The notes under the pieces are model-generated. The model saw only the letters and a program-made list of their open reading frames with translations, made no database searches and had not been told where the DNA came from. Of a stretch of 64,000 nt of DNA, positions 1-11,559 are shown in pieces (position 1 is the first letter of the stretch; each line of letters begins with the position of its first letter). Position numbers and translations under genes: made by a program. The stretch comes from Mobula hypostoma. Its lineage: Eukaryota. The stretch covers positions 139,750,001 to 139,814,000 of the forward strand of contig NC_086097.1 in assembly GCF_963921235.1 (NCBI RefSeq), read 5' to 3'.

Positions 1-1859
1 TTTCTTTAAAGGAAGTAAGGGAGTGTTGAGACTTCGCTGTCAACGAGAGTGTTTCTGTATTCCGGGTTGAGGATGTGAATCTGAGAAGGTCCCAATCGCT
101 CTGCGCAGGAGTGGTTCTGGACTGGCGGTACGGGATGGAGGGTGCTGTATGTCAAACCGGCGCCGCTGGGCTCCCAGAGCTCAAAGCACAAGCCTCTAAC
201 TCGGTACTGCCGTTATGTTACCGGGAATATGCAGTCAATGGATTAGAAGAATAACGTCCAGCACAGCTTTGCCATCTAAGTGGAGTAGGCATTTGCCTTT
301 CGACGTTTGCGCCAAACAATTTGCACTGAAGTAATCTGCCGGAAACTCAGCGGGTTGAGCAGCATCGGAGCAGGAGAAGGGGTGGGTGGGGCGGTGAGGA
401 ATTGTTAACTTTCTGGGACGTTCGGGGCAACCGGTCTGCATTAAAGTCACTGGACCGAGAGGAACACTGGAACCACTAAAACATAAGGACCGCGTGCTAG
501 CAATAGGATATTGATCAGTACGAAGGAGTTAGCATGGACGTGATGGCCCGAAAGCCCTGCTTCATGCTGGACAACTCGGTGATCTGAATGTGGGATCTGA
601 ATACAATCCAGGTGCGAGGGTGAATTTATCCGCGGCGACCAGCACAAGCCAGCTTTCCAGGGAGTACGATTAACCAGTCAATGTCTGGGCCTTCTGGAAG
701 TGCCGCAGTTGACACTATATCCGTGGTACTGACTGCGGTGCGTTATCTGTCAGCGCGCTGGGTCAAGTAAAACTGCGGGCTCCTGGGTTAATTTTTTTTA
801 ACCAACAGTTCCAAGTGAAATCAGCCTAAACTATCATTGGCCTGGACTGGTTAGGGCAGACGCCGTTTTATGTATAACGGTTCTATTTATATATAATCAA
901 TTATATTAATCAACCCTGCTAACCCACGTTTCAAGAATATGGAAAATCACTGAAATTCTCCATACTACTTCGATGACATCACAGTTTTCATTAACCTTTG
1001 GATATACAATTGTTCATGTTTCTACCTGTTTCACATCCCGACACACTCCAATTAACTACTTCTGGCGGCGGACGGAGATCCTCTCCCGGTACTTCTCAGA
1101 TAATTTCTGGGACCTTACACCAGTATCGAAGGGCCGAGTGACCTACTCTCGTTCCTTCCTTGGATCTTTCTCGGAAGGGAAGCGTGGTCGCAGTACAAGC
1201 GATATCAACAGGTAGTCAGACTGGGGAAGTCGACGGACACCAAACCAAGAAATCTAAAGTCGTGGTGCAGGTTCTTAGCCCGGAGCATTGAAAATCCCGC
1301 TGTCTCTGTACATGTCAGCCCGACACCTTGAGCACGGCCCTCTGAGCTCCACAGCCGTCTGATTTGTGTTTGGAATTGCATTTGTACCACTTTACGGAGA
1401 ATGATACAAAGAATAAAATTTACTTGGGGCTAGAGACGACTTTCACACGCTTCACTTTAGAATCCGTGGAACTTTAACATATTTATTCTGAAGAGCGGGT
1501 GAGATAAGTTTTTCAGCTGCAGTTACAGCGTCAGTTGTACCATTCAATGAGGCGTTAAATCGAGTTACAGGAGGCATGGGTCTGATGGCGATTGTGTTTG
1601 GGGAAGATTGCCATGGGCAATAATAAGTGGGGTACCGGTGAATCATTGGGCAGCTACTGCTTGAATCTACGTGTGCGCACACCCGAAAGAGCAGACCCTG
1701 CGGCAGGAATTGGCGGGCCATTGTCACCGAGCTGCTGCCGTGGAAAGATTGGCTGCTTCATTTCCTACATTACGGCAATGGCTACACATCAACACGGCTG
1801 CACTTATCAGGATGTCCTGGGCTGACGAGGAATACAGCGGCAAGGATTCTTTCTCCTAC

Positions 1860-1972
1860 CTCTGGTCTGTGTTGTTTGACTTTCTTCGCTGAGGGCCTCA
1901 TCATCTCCCCCGTAGGTCCGGATCGGTGACCGTGCGTAAGTGTGCTTCTGGATAAGATTCTCCACACTTTCC
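1860..1972 (-). CDS. TBX20: TBX20 coding exon 7 (final exon lies outside the window)
   Basis: Manual translation ESVENLIQKHTYARSPIRTYGGDDEALSEESQTTQTR; ctgcag| acceptor, G|GTAGGA donor; 113 nt; no final exon recognised in 1-1859. Confidence 0.95.
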
Positions 1973-2136
1973 CTGCAGCACAAGAGAGTCAGGGTTAAGA
2001 TAAGAAAAAAAAACTCCTTGCGGCCATTCAGCCCCTCGTGCCTGCTGCACCATTCACGAGATTACGCGGCATCTTTAATCCCGGCGCCACTAATCCTCGA
2101 TCCTCTGAATGAGAATCTCGACAGGTGCCTAGCGTC

Positions 2137-2308
2137 AGCGAGGTGTAAATTTGAGCAGCACGATTTCAGCCGTGATGAAGTGAAAAGCATTTAAGGTCAT
2201 GGACCACAGCTCAGATATCACTTCTGTCTGCGCCGTGCTACACGACCTTAACTGCTTTTCACTTCATCACAGCTGAAGCCGTGCTGCTCAAAAAAAAAAC
2301 ATATCGCT
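2137..2308. repeat. Long inverted repeat / hairpin in TBX20 intron 6
   Basis: Arms 2150-2201 and 2241-2292 match at 47 of 52 positions as reverse complements; weaker pairing extends inward and outward. Confidence 0.9.
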
Positions 2309-2687
2309 CTGTTTAGCGAATCAAAACCAACCAATGATCAGAGCAATATACCTTCGGTTTGAACTCGGTGTCGATTTGGGAACATTTGTATTCAGTGTTC
2401 TGATTATTGCTGCAGCTCCCAGTTACATTTCACATCTATCCATTTAGATTCAGCAAGTGGATTATAGCAAGAATGAAATGTGAAAGTTCTATTGTCCCAA
2501 GGTTAATAATCACTTAATCTCCAAAGTCAGAACAAGCAGGTTAAAATATCACGACATAGTTAATTCCTATGATATGCTGACCAAATGAAAATAAATAGGT
2601 TGATCGGCACTGGCCACTGGGCTGGTTCCCTCTTTGTAATATCTCCCGTTGCTTTTCGAAAGTTACAAGTCTGTTTCCACCGCGTAT

Positions 2688-2890
2688 CCGATCCCAGTGA
2701 CTCCGGATCCAGTGACCCCAGGACCCAGTGATTCCGGATCTAATGACCTCCCCCCAGGTCCCAGTGATTCCGGATCCAGTGACCCCCAGGTCCCAGGTAT
2801 TCCAGATTCAGTGGGACCCCCCCCCCCCACCGCCAGGTCCCAGTGACTCTGGATCCAGTGATCCCAGGTCCCAGTGACTCCGGATCCCAG
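2688..2890. repeat. Degenerate minisatellite (CCAGTGA/TCCGGAT/CCCAGGT motifs)
   Basis: Recurring ccagtgactccggatccagtgacccccaggt units. Confidence 0.8.
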
Positions 2891-3944
2891 TAACAGGGGT
2901 GAGATTGTTAAAAGGTTATGGCTGGAAAGCGATCCGCCAGCCCCTGAAAAATAAAATGCGCCACGTAATTTGAGTTGCGGTCATTCCGCCAAATATGCTT
3001 GATTTTCCAGTCCCGCTCGGACGTGAATCTCCTGCACGGGAGCTGAAACAGACAGTTCCGGCCATGGCCCGGCGCCTCAGCCCCATTCAGGGCCCGGGGA
3101 AAGGATGTGCCACCAGTGTGTGGGTTCTGCCGTGCATTCTCTGCCCCCGTCTGGTTGGGGGGTGGGGGTCGGCGGGAGATAACCTGATCTATTTCACAAG
3201 CAAGACTTGTGCGGGGTGGACAAAGTGCATTGGAAATCAGACCCCGAGCGCGGAAAGTCAGCCACTCCTCCAAACAAATCCAGGGAACGTTTACCCTCAT
3301 GAAACATGGAACATGAACCTTCGAGAAAAGGAAAAATTCGCGGGATTTGGAACCAGTGAAATTGGAAAGAAAGAACGGCGCATTGGGAAAGAAACCCAGC
3401 GTCCAAATCTTCAAACCCCACCAATTCACGTTGACTAGAGAGACCGCCGGTTCCGGGGATTATGTTGCAGAGTGGGTACTAACGGGCTCGGGTAGGGTAG
3501 AGTGTGGGTGGATCGGTGAACGGGTGTGAGGGTTCACTAATAGGACAGGAGGTGGGACGAGGTATCGAAGTCCGCGACTACATCGGAAGAAGTGACTGGT
3601 TTGGGGAGATGCGCGAGATTCGAGCGGCAGCAAAGTTACCGCTTGTATGGTTACAGGAGAAAGTGTGGGCTCAGGAGAGGCTGTAAATCATCAGCAGCGT
3701 CCCGCCACCGTCTTGCCGCGATTCCGTAGCGACGGATGAAATAATTCCCGGGACAGATCACTGTGCCGCCGTTTCAAAATTAAAAGCAATAACATGCGCA
3801 GAGAACATTCATACCCCAGTATGAATCACCAAACATCAACCTACATTCGTTTCTATTAAATATTTTGTGTTTAACATTTTATAAACCGCGACGTTTACAT
3901 CACATTGAATTGAGAAGAAAGGGTCTTACTGCGGGAGACAGTAC

Positions 3945-4021
3945 CTCTCCATATCGGTGAGTCGGGACGAGTCTCGGAATCCTTTGGCGAAAGGATTACT
4001 ATCGATTTTTAGTTTGGTGAT
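3945..4021 (-). CDS. TBX20: TBX20 coding exon 6 (end of T-box)
   Basis: ITKLKIDSNPFAKGFRDSSRLTDMER; ctgcag| acceptor, AG|GTACTG donor; 77 nt. Confidence 0.97.
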
Positions 4022-4509
4022 CTGCAGGACAGAAACATAATGAGGAATCTCCCTGTGCATGGAGGGGTGAACACACTCGGGATGAAACAAAACAATGTGC
4101 TGGGAATCTGAAACAAAAACGGGAAATGCTGGAAACACTCAGCGAGTCGGGCCGCAAACTGCTAGCGGCGCGGTCCAGTTTTGGCAAAGGCCATTCACAC
4201 TACAACTTCCTGCTATTTCTCTCTGCACACACGCGGTCTGACCTGAGCGTTAACAGGATTTTCTGATTTTACTTTAGGTTGTTAACGTTGGCAGCTTTGT
4301 CGATTTTCACCAGGACCTTCCCTTCACTTCTCTCCCTGGCTGTGAGACAATATAATCATCACCCCGATCCCACCAGCAACAGCCAAGAGCCGTTGAGAAT
4401 ACGCCTAGCGACCTCAGTACAATTGACCTCTGTCCCGGTCACCTGTCTCAGTGACCACTGTCCCAATAACAGTTGCTCTAGTGCCCGCTGTCCCACCACT
4501 GAGGACATT

Positions 4510-4900
4510 TACAAGGATCGCTGTCGCAGGAAAGCAGCATCAAGGACCCCAACATCCAGGCCGTACCTCTCTCCTCACTGCTGCCATCAGGAAGCCGGCA
4601 CCGGGGCCTTAGGATGAACACCACCAGGTTCAGGAACAGTTACTACCTCTCCACTCTGAAGCAGAGGGGATAACTTCACTCACCCCAACACGAGCAGATT
4701 CCACAACCCAGGAACTTGCTTTAACGAGCTCTGCTCTTCGTGTCCTCGATATTTGTTGCTTATTTATTTATTATTTTTTTTATATAATTGCACAATTTGT
4801 TGTCTTTTGCACTTTGGTACTTCGTCCGTCTCTGTCGTGTGCGATTTTTCATTTATTCTATTATGTTTATTTCTAATTACTACGAATGCCCGCAAGAATG
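4510..4900 (+). mobile_element. Rex1/Babar-type LINE 3' fragment in TBX20 intron 5
   Basis: aaagcagcatc...ctgccatcagg...caggttcaggaacagttactacc, matching the 3' end of the copy at 33700-33840. Confidence 0.7.
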
Positions 4901-5149
4901 TTCCAGTGGCCGCTGCCCAGGCAGCCATACCTGTGACCTCTACCCCAGTCTCCCGCACCGGTGACCTCTGCCCGGTTACCTTTCTGTCATTGACCTCTGC
5001 CCCCGTGACCTCTATTCTGATCATCTGAATTTGTTATACGTACAGCGACCTCGGGCTAATTGCAACGTGGCGCCCAGGCGGACGGACCTCAGCAACGGCG
5101 GCGGCTGCGGATCTGAGCCGATGGTCTGTGGCGGGGCAGCGGGACTCAC

Positions 5150-5308
5150 CAGTTGATTCTGGTAGGCGGTCACTGCAGTGAAAACAGTCTCCGGGAAGAT
5201 GAAGGTGCGGAATTCCTCAGATTTGAGGTTGACCAGAGAAGCGGTGTGGTCTTTCTTCCTGATAATGTGAACCCGGGGCTGGTACTTATGCATGGAGTTC
5301 AGAATTAT
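5150..5308 (-). CDS. TBX20: TBX20 coding exon 5 (T-box)
   Basis: [53 protein letters not shown]; cccacag| acceptor, CTG|GTGAGT donor; 159 nt. Confidence 0.97.
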
Positions 5309-6143
5309 CTGTGGGACGAATTGACCTCCGTTAGCTATGGTAGTGCCGGCTCCCTCCCGAGTCCGATCTCCACCCCACCCCAGCAGCCTGATCCCAGCCC
5401 GGGTGGTAATGGCATGGGACTGGACGGAGAGGGTGAGGACATGGGCCCGGTCAAAGTGGCAATGAACAGGAGGCTGGTCATCTCCGGCTGCTTCCCAAAA
5501 TTACCCCTAACTCCAATCTCACGCAATGCTGTTAGCTACATGGAACTACGTGGGGGGGGGGGGGGCACGGGATTCTGACAACAAACTCAGGAAAGTGGCA
5601 AGACCTCGGTGATAAAAACAGCTCTTCAGACAGCAGACTGCTCCAAACCGGCTGAAATCCGTGCCGTTGATAACCTTTGGCATGTTCCATTTTAATGATA
5701 ATTTAATTAGAAGCGATAGAGGAAATTCACACGTTTCCAAATTACACACAACGATTTTACCCTGGTTGACCTGTAGACACACACGGGTGTACACATATAT
5801 AGACCTGTATATACACATCTGTACAGATATGCACACCTGTGCATACACAGCTGTAGACACACAGCGGTACATATAGACACTTAAAGATAAGCATCGGTAC
5901 ACACATCTCCTCATTCACTACTGCACAAACCCATGCCAGTATAGTTAGGAGGTGAGAGGAGGTATTTCAGTTAAGAGGATGTCAAGGGCTGTCTACCTGT
6001 CCGTGACCTTAGAGCGGGTTCAGGACTGAGTAAGGATGCGGGAGGAAGCTGAGAATTAGCCAGTGCAGCCGCATGAACGAACTGGGGGGCGGGGGGGGGG
6101 GAGAATCGCTGGCTGTGGCTCCTGATACAGGAATGGGAGGGCT

Positions 6144-6890
6144 GTACGGAGACTGGATTGGTGTCCGTGGGCTAACCGTACGGTGACTGGATTGGTGTCC
6201 GTGGGCTAACCGTACGGTGACTGGATTGGTGTCCGTGGGCTAACCGTACGGAGACTGCATTAGTGTCCGTGGGCTAACCGTACGGAGACTGGATTAGTGT
6301 CCGTGGGCTAACCGTACGGTGACTGCATTAGTGTCCGTGGGCTAACCGTACGGAGACTGCATTAGTGTCCGTGGGCTAACCGTACGGAGACTGGATTAGT
6401 GTCCGTGGGCTAACCGTACGGAGACTGGATTGGTGTCCGTGGGCTAACCGTACGGAGACTGGATTGGTGTCCGTGGGCTAACCGTACGGAGACTGGATTG
6501 GTGTCCGTGGGCTAACCGTACGGAGACTGGATTGGTGTCCGTGGGCTAACCGTACGGAGACTGGATTGGTGTCCGTGGGCTAACCGTACGGAGACTGGAT
6601 TGGTGTCCGTGGGCTAACCGTACGGAGACTGGATTGGTGTCCGTGGGCTAACCGTACGGAGACTGGATTGGTGTCCGTGGGCTAACCGTACGGAGACTGG
6701 ATTGGTGTCCGTGGGCTAACCGTACGGAGACTGGATTGGTGTCCGTGGGCTAACCGTACGGAGACTGGATTGGTGTCCGTGAGCTAACCGTACGGAGACT
6801 GGATTGGTGTCCGTGGGCTAACCGTACGGAGACTGGATTGGTGTCCGTGGGCTAACCGTACGGAGACTGGATTGGTGTCCGTGGGCTAAC
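6144..6890. repeat. 34-bp minisatellite, ~22 copies (intron 4)
   Basis: Unit cggagactggattggtgtccgtgggctaaccgta, near-identical head-to-tail copies, no spacers. Confidence 0.97.
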
Positions 6891-7073
6891 TGTGCCTCAG
6901 TTCCCTGCGGCCAATTTGTGGGTTCCTGCTTCTGCACAGACTGTGTTGTCAAGGAGCACCGTGAATCCCAGGCCATCGTTTCCAGGACGGAAACGCGTCA
7001 TGAATTAAATGAACCAAAATATTGTTCGGTTCCGGCGCCCGGGGTTTCCCGAATCAAATTAAATGCAACTCAC

Positions 7074-7182
7074 GTGGCCGTGTTGATCCAACTCGTTGTT
7101 GGTGAGTTTCACCTTCTCGAAGGAGACCATCTGTTTCGCTAGCTGCTCCCCCGTGAACGGACAGTCAGGGTGTACATACAGC
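7074..7182 (-). CDS. TBX20: TBX20 coding exon 4 (T-box)
   Basis: Not in the ORF track; manual translation [36 protein letters not shown]; tatttcag| acceptor, CAC|GTGAGT donor; 109 nt. Confidence 0.96.
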
Positions 7183-7209
7183 CTGAAATAGGAGACCGAG
7201 GTCAAAGAT

Positions 7210-7908
7210 CCGGCCAGGTGAACGCTGTGTCTGGAGTATTCAGGTAAGGGACCGGCCAGGTGAACGCGGTGTCTGGAGTATTCAGGTAAGGGACCGGCCA
7301 GGTGAACGCGGTGTCTGGAGTATTCAGGTAAGGGACCGGCCAGGTGAACGCGGTGTCTGAAGTGTTGAGGTAAGGGACCGGCCAGGTGAACGCGGTGACT
7401 GGAGTGTTAAGGTAAGGGACCGGCCAGGTGAACGCGGTGTCTGGAGTATTCAGGTAAGGGACCGGCCAGGTGAACGCAGTGTCTGGAGTGTTCAGGTAAG
7501 GGGCCGGCCAGGTGAACGCGGTGTCTGGAGTATTCAGGTAAGGGACCGGCCAGGTGAACGCGGTGTCTGGAGTGTTGAGCTAAGGGACCGGCCAGGTGAA
7601 CGCGGTGTCTGGAGTGTTAAGGTAAGGGACCGGCCAGGTGAACGCGGTGTCTGGAGTATTCAGGTAAGGGACCGGCCAGGTGAACGCGGTGACTGGAGTG
7701 TTAAGGTAAGGGACCGGCCAGGTGAACGCGGTGTCTGGAGTATTCAGGTAAGGGACCGGCCAGGTGAACGCGGTGTCTGGAGTATTCAGGTAAGGGACCG
7801 GCCAGGTGAACGCGGTGTCTGGATATTCAGGTAAGGGGCCTGCCAGGTGAACGCGGTGTCTGGAGTATTCAGGTAAGGGGCCGGCCAGGTGAACGCGGTG
7901 TCTGGAGT
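7210..7908. repeat. 42-bp minisatellite, ~16.5 copies (intron 3)
   Basis: Unit ccggccaggtgaacgcggtgtctggagtattcaggtaaggga. Confidence 0.97.
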
Positions 7909-9278
7909 GGGAGGTCTGGGTTCAAAAATGGTTTTGAGTGGTGGGAGGGGATCCGAGCAAGGGCAGTGCAGTCAGGGCCAGCAGCAGATTCTGGATCAGC
8001 CCATCCTGAGATCAGTGCGTTCTGGTTCAATGGATTCCGGATCAGTGGGTTCTGGAGCAATGAATTCCAGATCAAAGAATTTTGGATCAGTGAATTTGGG
8101 AATCAGTGGATGCTATATTAGTTAATTCTGGGTTAGTAAATTCGGGGTTAGTTGATTTGAGATCAATTAATTGAGATCAATGGATTCCGGTTAAACAATT
8201 TAGAGTGAGTAGGTTCTAGATCTCTGGATCTCCCGACCAATGTATTTACACAGCTTCCACAAGGCCTCGCCGTTTTGCGTTCTCTCCCTCTCCGCAGTTT
8301 CAACTTTATTCGATTAAAGATACATATGGATTACGGATCTTTATCGTGGGCGGTCTTTTGTGTGTTACCACAGCCCACGTGCTCGGTCGGCTCCGGGAAT
8401 TCCTGCGAGGAGTTCCGCGGTGACATGGTTCCCCACGAGCAATGGTGGCCAATTGTGATCCAGGGTTCGAATCGGGGTGAGTGGGGCTTGGGATAAGGAC
8501 ATTGGGGTTAGGGTCAGAGTTACAGTGATTGGGGCTGTTCAGGACGACGTGACTGAATTTAAAGTTAGAGTGGATGGGGCGATGATGTGCCTGCGTCAGG
8601 ATAATTTGTAGATTGGGTCAGAGTGAATGCAGTCAGGGTAGACTGGTTCCATTTATAGTTAGAGTGGTTGGGATCCGGATTAACGGAGTGTAATCAGCGA
8701 TTGGCTTAGACCTTAAAGATATTTGGGGTTCTGTTAATGGTGGTTAGGGTTGGCACTGGAACAAGGTTGGGGTGACTGAATTGTGACCTCGATGTCCTTA
8801 TCGCAGTGTTGAACCCCAACCCCGTTTAGAGCATTACATAGCTGGCAATGGTGTTGCCTCCAACGCGTAAGTGTTGGACCTTGACATTTGGTTGCCGAGA
8901 GGTAGCTTCTCAGCAAACCAAGGCGGGGAAGAAATTCAGTCTGACTCTCTTCCGCAAGGAAACATGTCCCTAGAGCACCGCTCAGGTCTCACGGAACCAA
9001 TTCCGGATGTTTCTCGATTTCTGCCGGACTAGAAATAAAAACAGAAAATGCTGGAAACACTCAGCGGGTCAGGCAGTGTCTGTGGAGAGAGAAACCGCCA
9101 ATGCTCCAGATCTAAGACCCTTTGTCTCTTTATTTCCGGCATTTTCTGTATTTTTTTTGTAGGTTTCCAGCTCGGCATTTTCTGCCGACAAGTCCATTCA
9201 GTGCAGGGTTTTCGGGAGTGTGTGTATCTGGGAATATCAAGGAGCAGTTCCACAGACAGCCCCCAGTTAAGGCCGCAC

Positions 9279-9443
9279 CTTGCTGGGAGCGGCGGGTCGG
9301 CTTTGCCCGCCACCAGCCAAGAGGATCGATGATAGGCGTAGCGATAACGCTTATTGTCCACCGCCACGATGTCCATCAACACGATATACTTGGCCTCGGA
9401 ATCCACTCCAGACAGCGAGACACGAATAGTTGGGAACATTCTC
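9279..9443 (-). CDS. TBX20: TBX20 coding exon 3 (T-box)
   Basis: tttcag| acceptor; [55 protein letters not shown]; donor AG|GTGCGG; 165 nt. Confidence 0.97.
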
Positions 9444-10617
9444 CTGAAACAGGCCAGAAGGAGGAAGCATCTCTTTAATCTTAACCATCCCACTATCCAA
9501 AACATTCTTAGTATGCAAGCATTCGCGGCTGGAAAAACGGCGGGTGAGTAAGCGTCAGAACGAGTATGATTCTCAAGAGAGGATAACAAACCCGTCCGGT
9601 CTCGCTTATAACCGATTTAATTCCGAGCGGAGCCATAAGGGAGCCTCCCTGTCCCTCTCCCGCCGGCCTGCTCACCAACCTCCCCCTTCCCCCGCAAGAA
9701 CTTTCGGTCAACATTCTGTCCGCTGACAGTGGCTGTCTGAATCCGCAGATTTATTCTGGCTTTCAGTTTTGGCGAGAGGGGGCAATGTTAACACCCCGCC
9801 CCCCTCCACCCCAGCTTCGCTTTCACCACAATCAGATCTGAACAACTCTCTCTCCGCTCTCGAGAGGAGAGGTCCCCCTGGGTCGGCTCCTATCCGTTAC
9901 ATGCCACTCAGATCCAGCAAACCCACGGGGTCGCAGCCGATCCGAGTCCCAGGAACATTCTTACCGAGTTGAATGAGAAAGCCTTGTGATTTAACAATTA
10001 TCCGTTAAATGGTACAGGATTGCCCTCGATATTTTATTGTCATGACTATAAAATAATTACACCACTAATTAATTTAGTTCGGATATATTTGAGAGATCAC
10101 CATCGACCGCCGCATTGAAAAGAATTACTAATTGATTCCACACAATTCCTGATATAAACTGTCTGTTCCTTTTCCCGATTACTGCACGAATCAAACCGCT
10201 TTCGTTTTGAGTCGCTGTTAAAGAGATCATTGTCACTCCCCCGAAAGCCAGAGCAAGGGAACGCGTCCACAACCCGAGGACCCGCGATTATTACTAAACT
10301 AACCCTCCCGGCCTCGCTACTGTTCCAAGCTGTTTCGTTTAGGAATGACTCAAAATGGAAAATATGAAACCAGGCAGCGGAATTAAACGAAACATCGAGG
10401 TTCATTGTCCCGCGCCCACTTCTAACAATTACCCTCAAGACGCTACCCTCCCGTTCAAAATTAATTAGTTGTCCACTGCCGTGTTTGATCAAAATATTTC
10501 CACACGTTTATATGAATCCAATAACCGTGTCGGGGTCGAAATTAAAACCGAGCGTTTCTTTAACACCACCCAGCCGCTTCTAAAGTGACCGCTACACCTC
10601 AGGGGTGCCTTCCTTAC

Positions 10618-10849
10618 CTGCCGGATTTTGTGATGATCATCTCGGTGCCCAGCTCGTGGAACTTGTCCCACAGATCTTTGGTTTCCAGGTTACAGGTGAT
10701 CTTGGCCATTTCGGCGCTGGGGACGCCGGGGGTGGTGGGTATCAGGGGTTCGGTACACGCCGGAGATGCACCGCTGCTGTAATCTCCAAGCTCCAGGCCG
10801 CCCAGATCACCCAGCGGCTGAGAACAGGAGGACTTCTCCACAAACTGTT
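10618..10849 (-). CDS. TBX20: TBX20 coding exon 2 (start of T-box)
   Basis: cag|AACAGTTTG acceptor; [13 protein letters not shown]...[24 protein letters not shown]; donor AG|GTAAGG; 232 nt, phase consistent. Confidence 0.97.
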
Positions 10850-11221
10850 CTGCTCAGTGGGAGAAAAGGTGCGTGAAGGCGCTCGTCAGTTTAAAGCAAT
10901 GTGGGGACGCCAATGACCGCGGATTTCGTTCGCTTGTTAGCCTGCAGCGAAGCTAACTACCGTCATTTACCGACAGTGTTACAAACTAGCTACACTTCAG
11001 GGCAGCTCACCAACGCGAGGCGTCAACGCATCCCGGCTTGGTGTAGAGCAAAACTGTATCTACAGAAGTAACATTTCCTTCAACCCAAATGCTCCCCATC
11101 AAAGTAAGTATACTGCATTTACCCTGGCGATTCTCCGACCCCGCGACTCCCCGGCAGCAACTTCAACCGTTAACCATTGCAGGTGAATGGCGAGGCCCCG
11201 GCAGCGCAGGGCCCGACTTAC

Positions 11222-11345
11222 CCAGGGGTTTGATGGTGTTCTCCTGAAGTCCCTTGTCTTTGGAGTTTCCAGTTGACATGAGCGCCGCGATGGAGAAGGC
11301 GTTAGCCCGGGATGAAAGCTGTGGTTTGGTGGTGTTGTATTCCAT
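11222..11345 (-). CDS. TBX20: T-box transcription factor TBX20, coding exon 1
   Basis: ATG at 11345; MEYNTTKPQLSSRANAFSIAALMS...ENTIKPL matches the TBX20 N-terminus including the eh1-like FSIAALM motif; donor G|GTAAGT; 124 nt. Confidence 0.97.
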
Positions 11346-11559
11346 GCTGGGAGTGCGGGGTTCTGGAATCCAGGAGCAGGACGACTGAGTGTCCTGGGGA
11401 CTGGGGCTCTCACTGGGATAACCAGGGGGCAGGTTCCGCTCACTCCGGCACCAGTTGCTCCCCGCTGCCTTTTCCGAGCTCCTCCCGTCTGCCTGCAAAT
11501 CGCCTCCTGCAATGACAATTATTTTTTTGCCTCCCGCACCCCGTACCCCAGACCCCGTG

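Noticed and set aside
1..1859. TBX20 final coding exon
   Set aside because: No match to the conserved C-terminus found on the minus strand; presumed outside the window.
2150..2292. C/D box snoRNA (GTGATGA ... CTGA present on both strands)
   Set aside because: The boxes are by-products of the palindrome; the interior is fully paired, leaving no single-stranded guide regions.
6144..7908. 34-bp and 42-bp arrays as CRISPR arrays
   Set aside because: Head-to-tail repeats with no unique spacers, no cas genes, and a vertebrate intronic context.
8470..8790. Interstitial telomeric repeat
   Set aside because: Only scattered GGTTAGGG-like words in G/T-rich low-complexity sequence; no tandem TTAGGG array.
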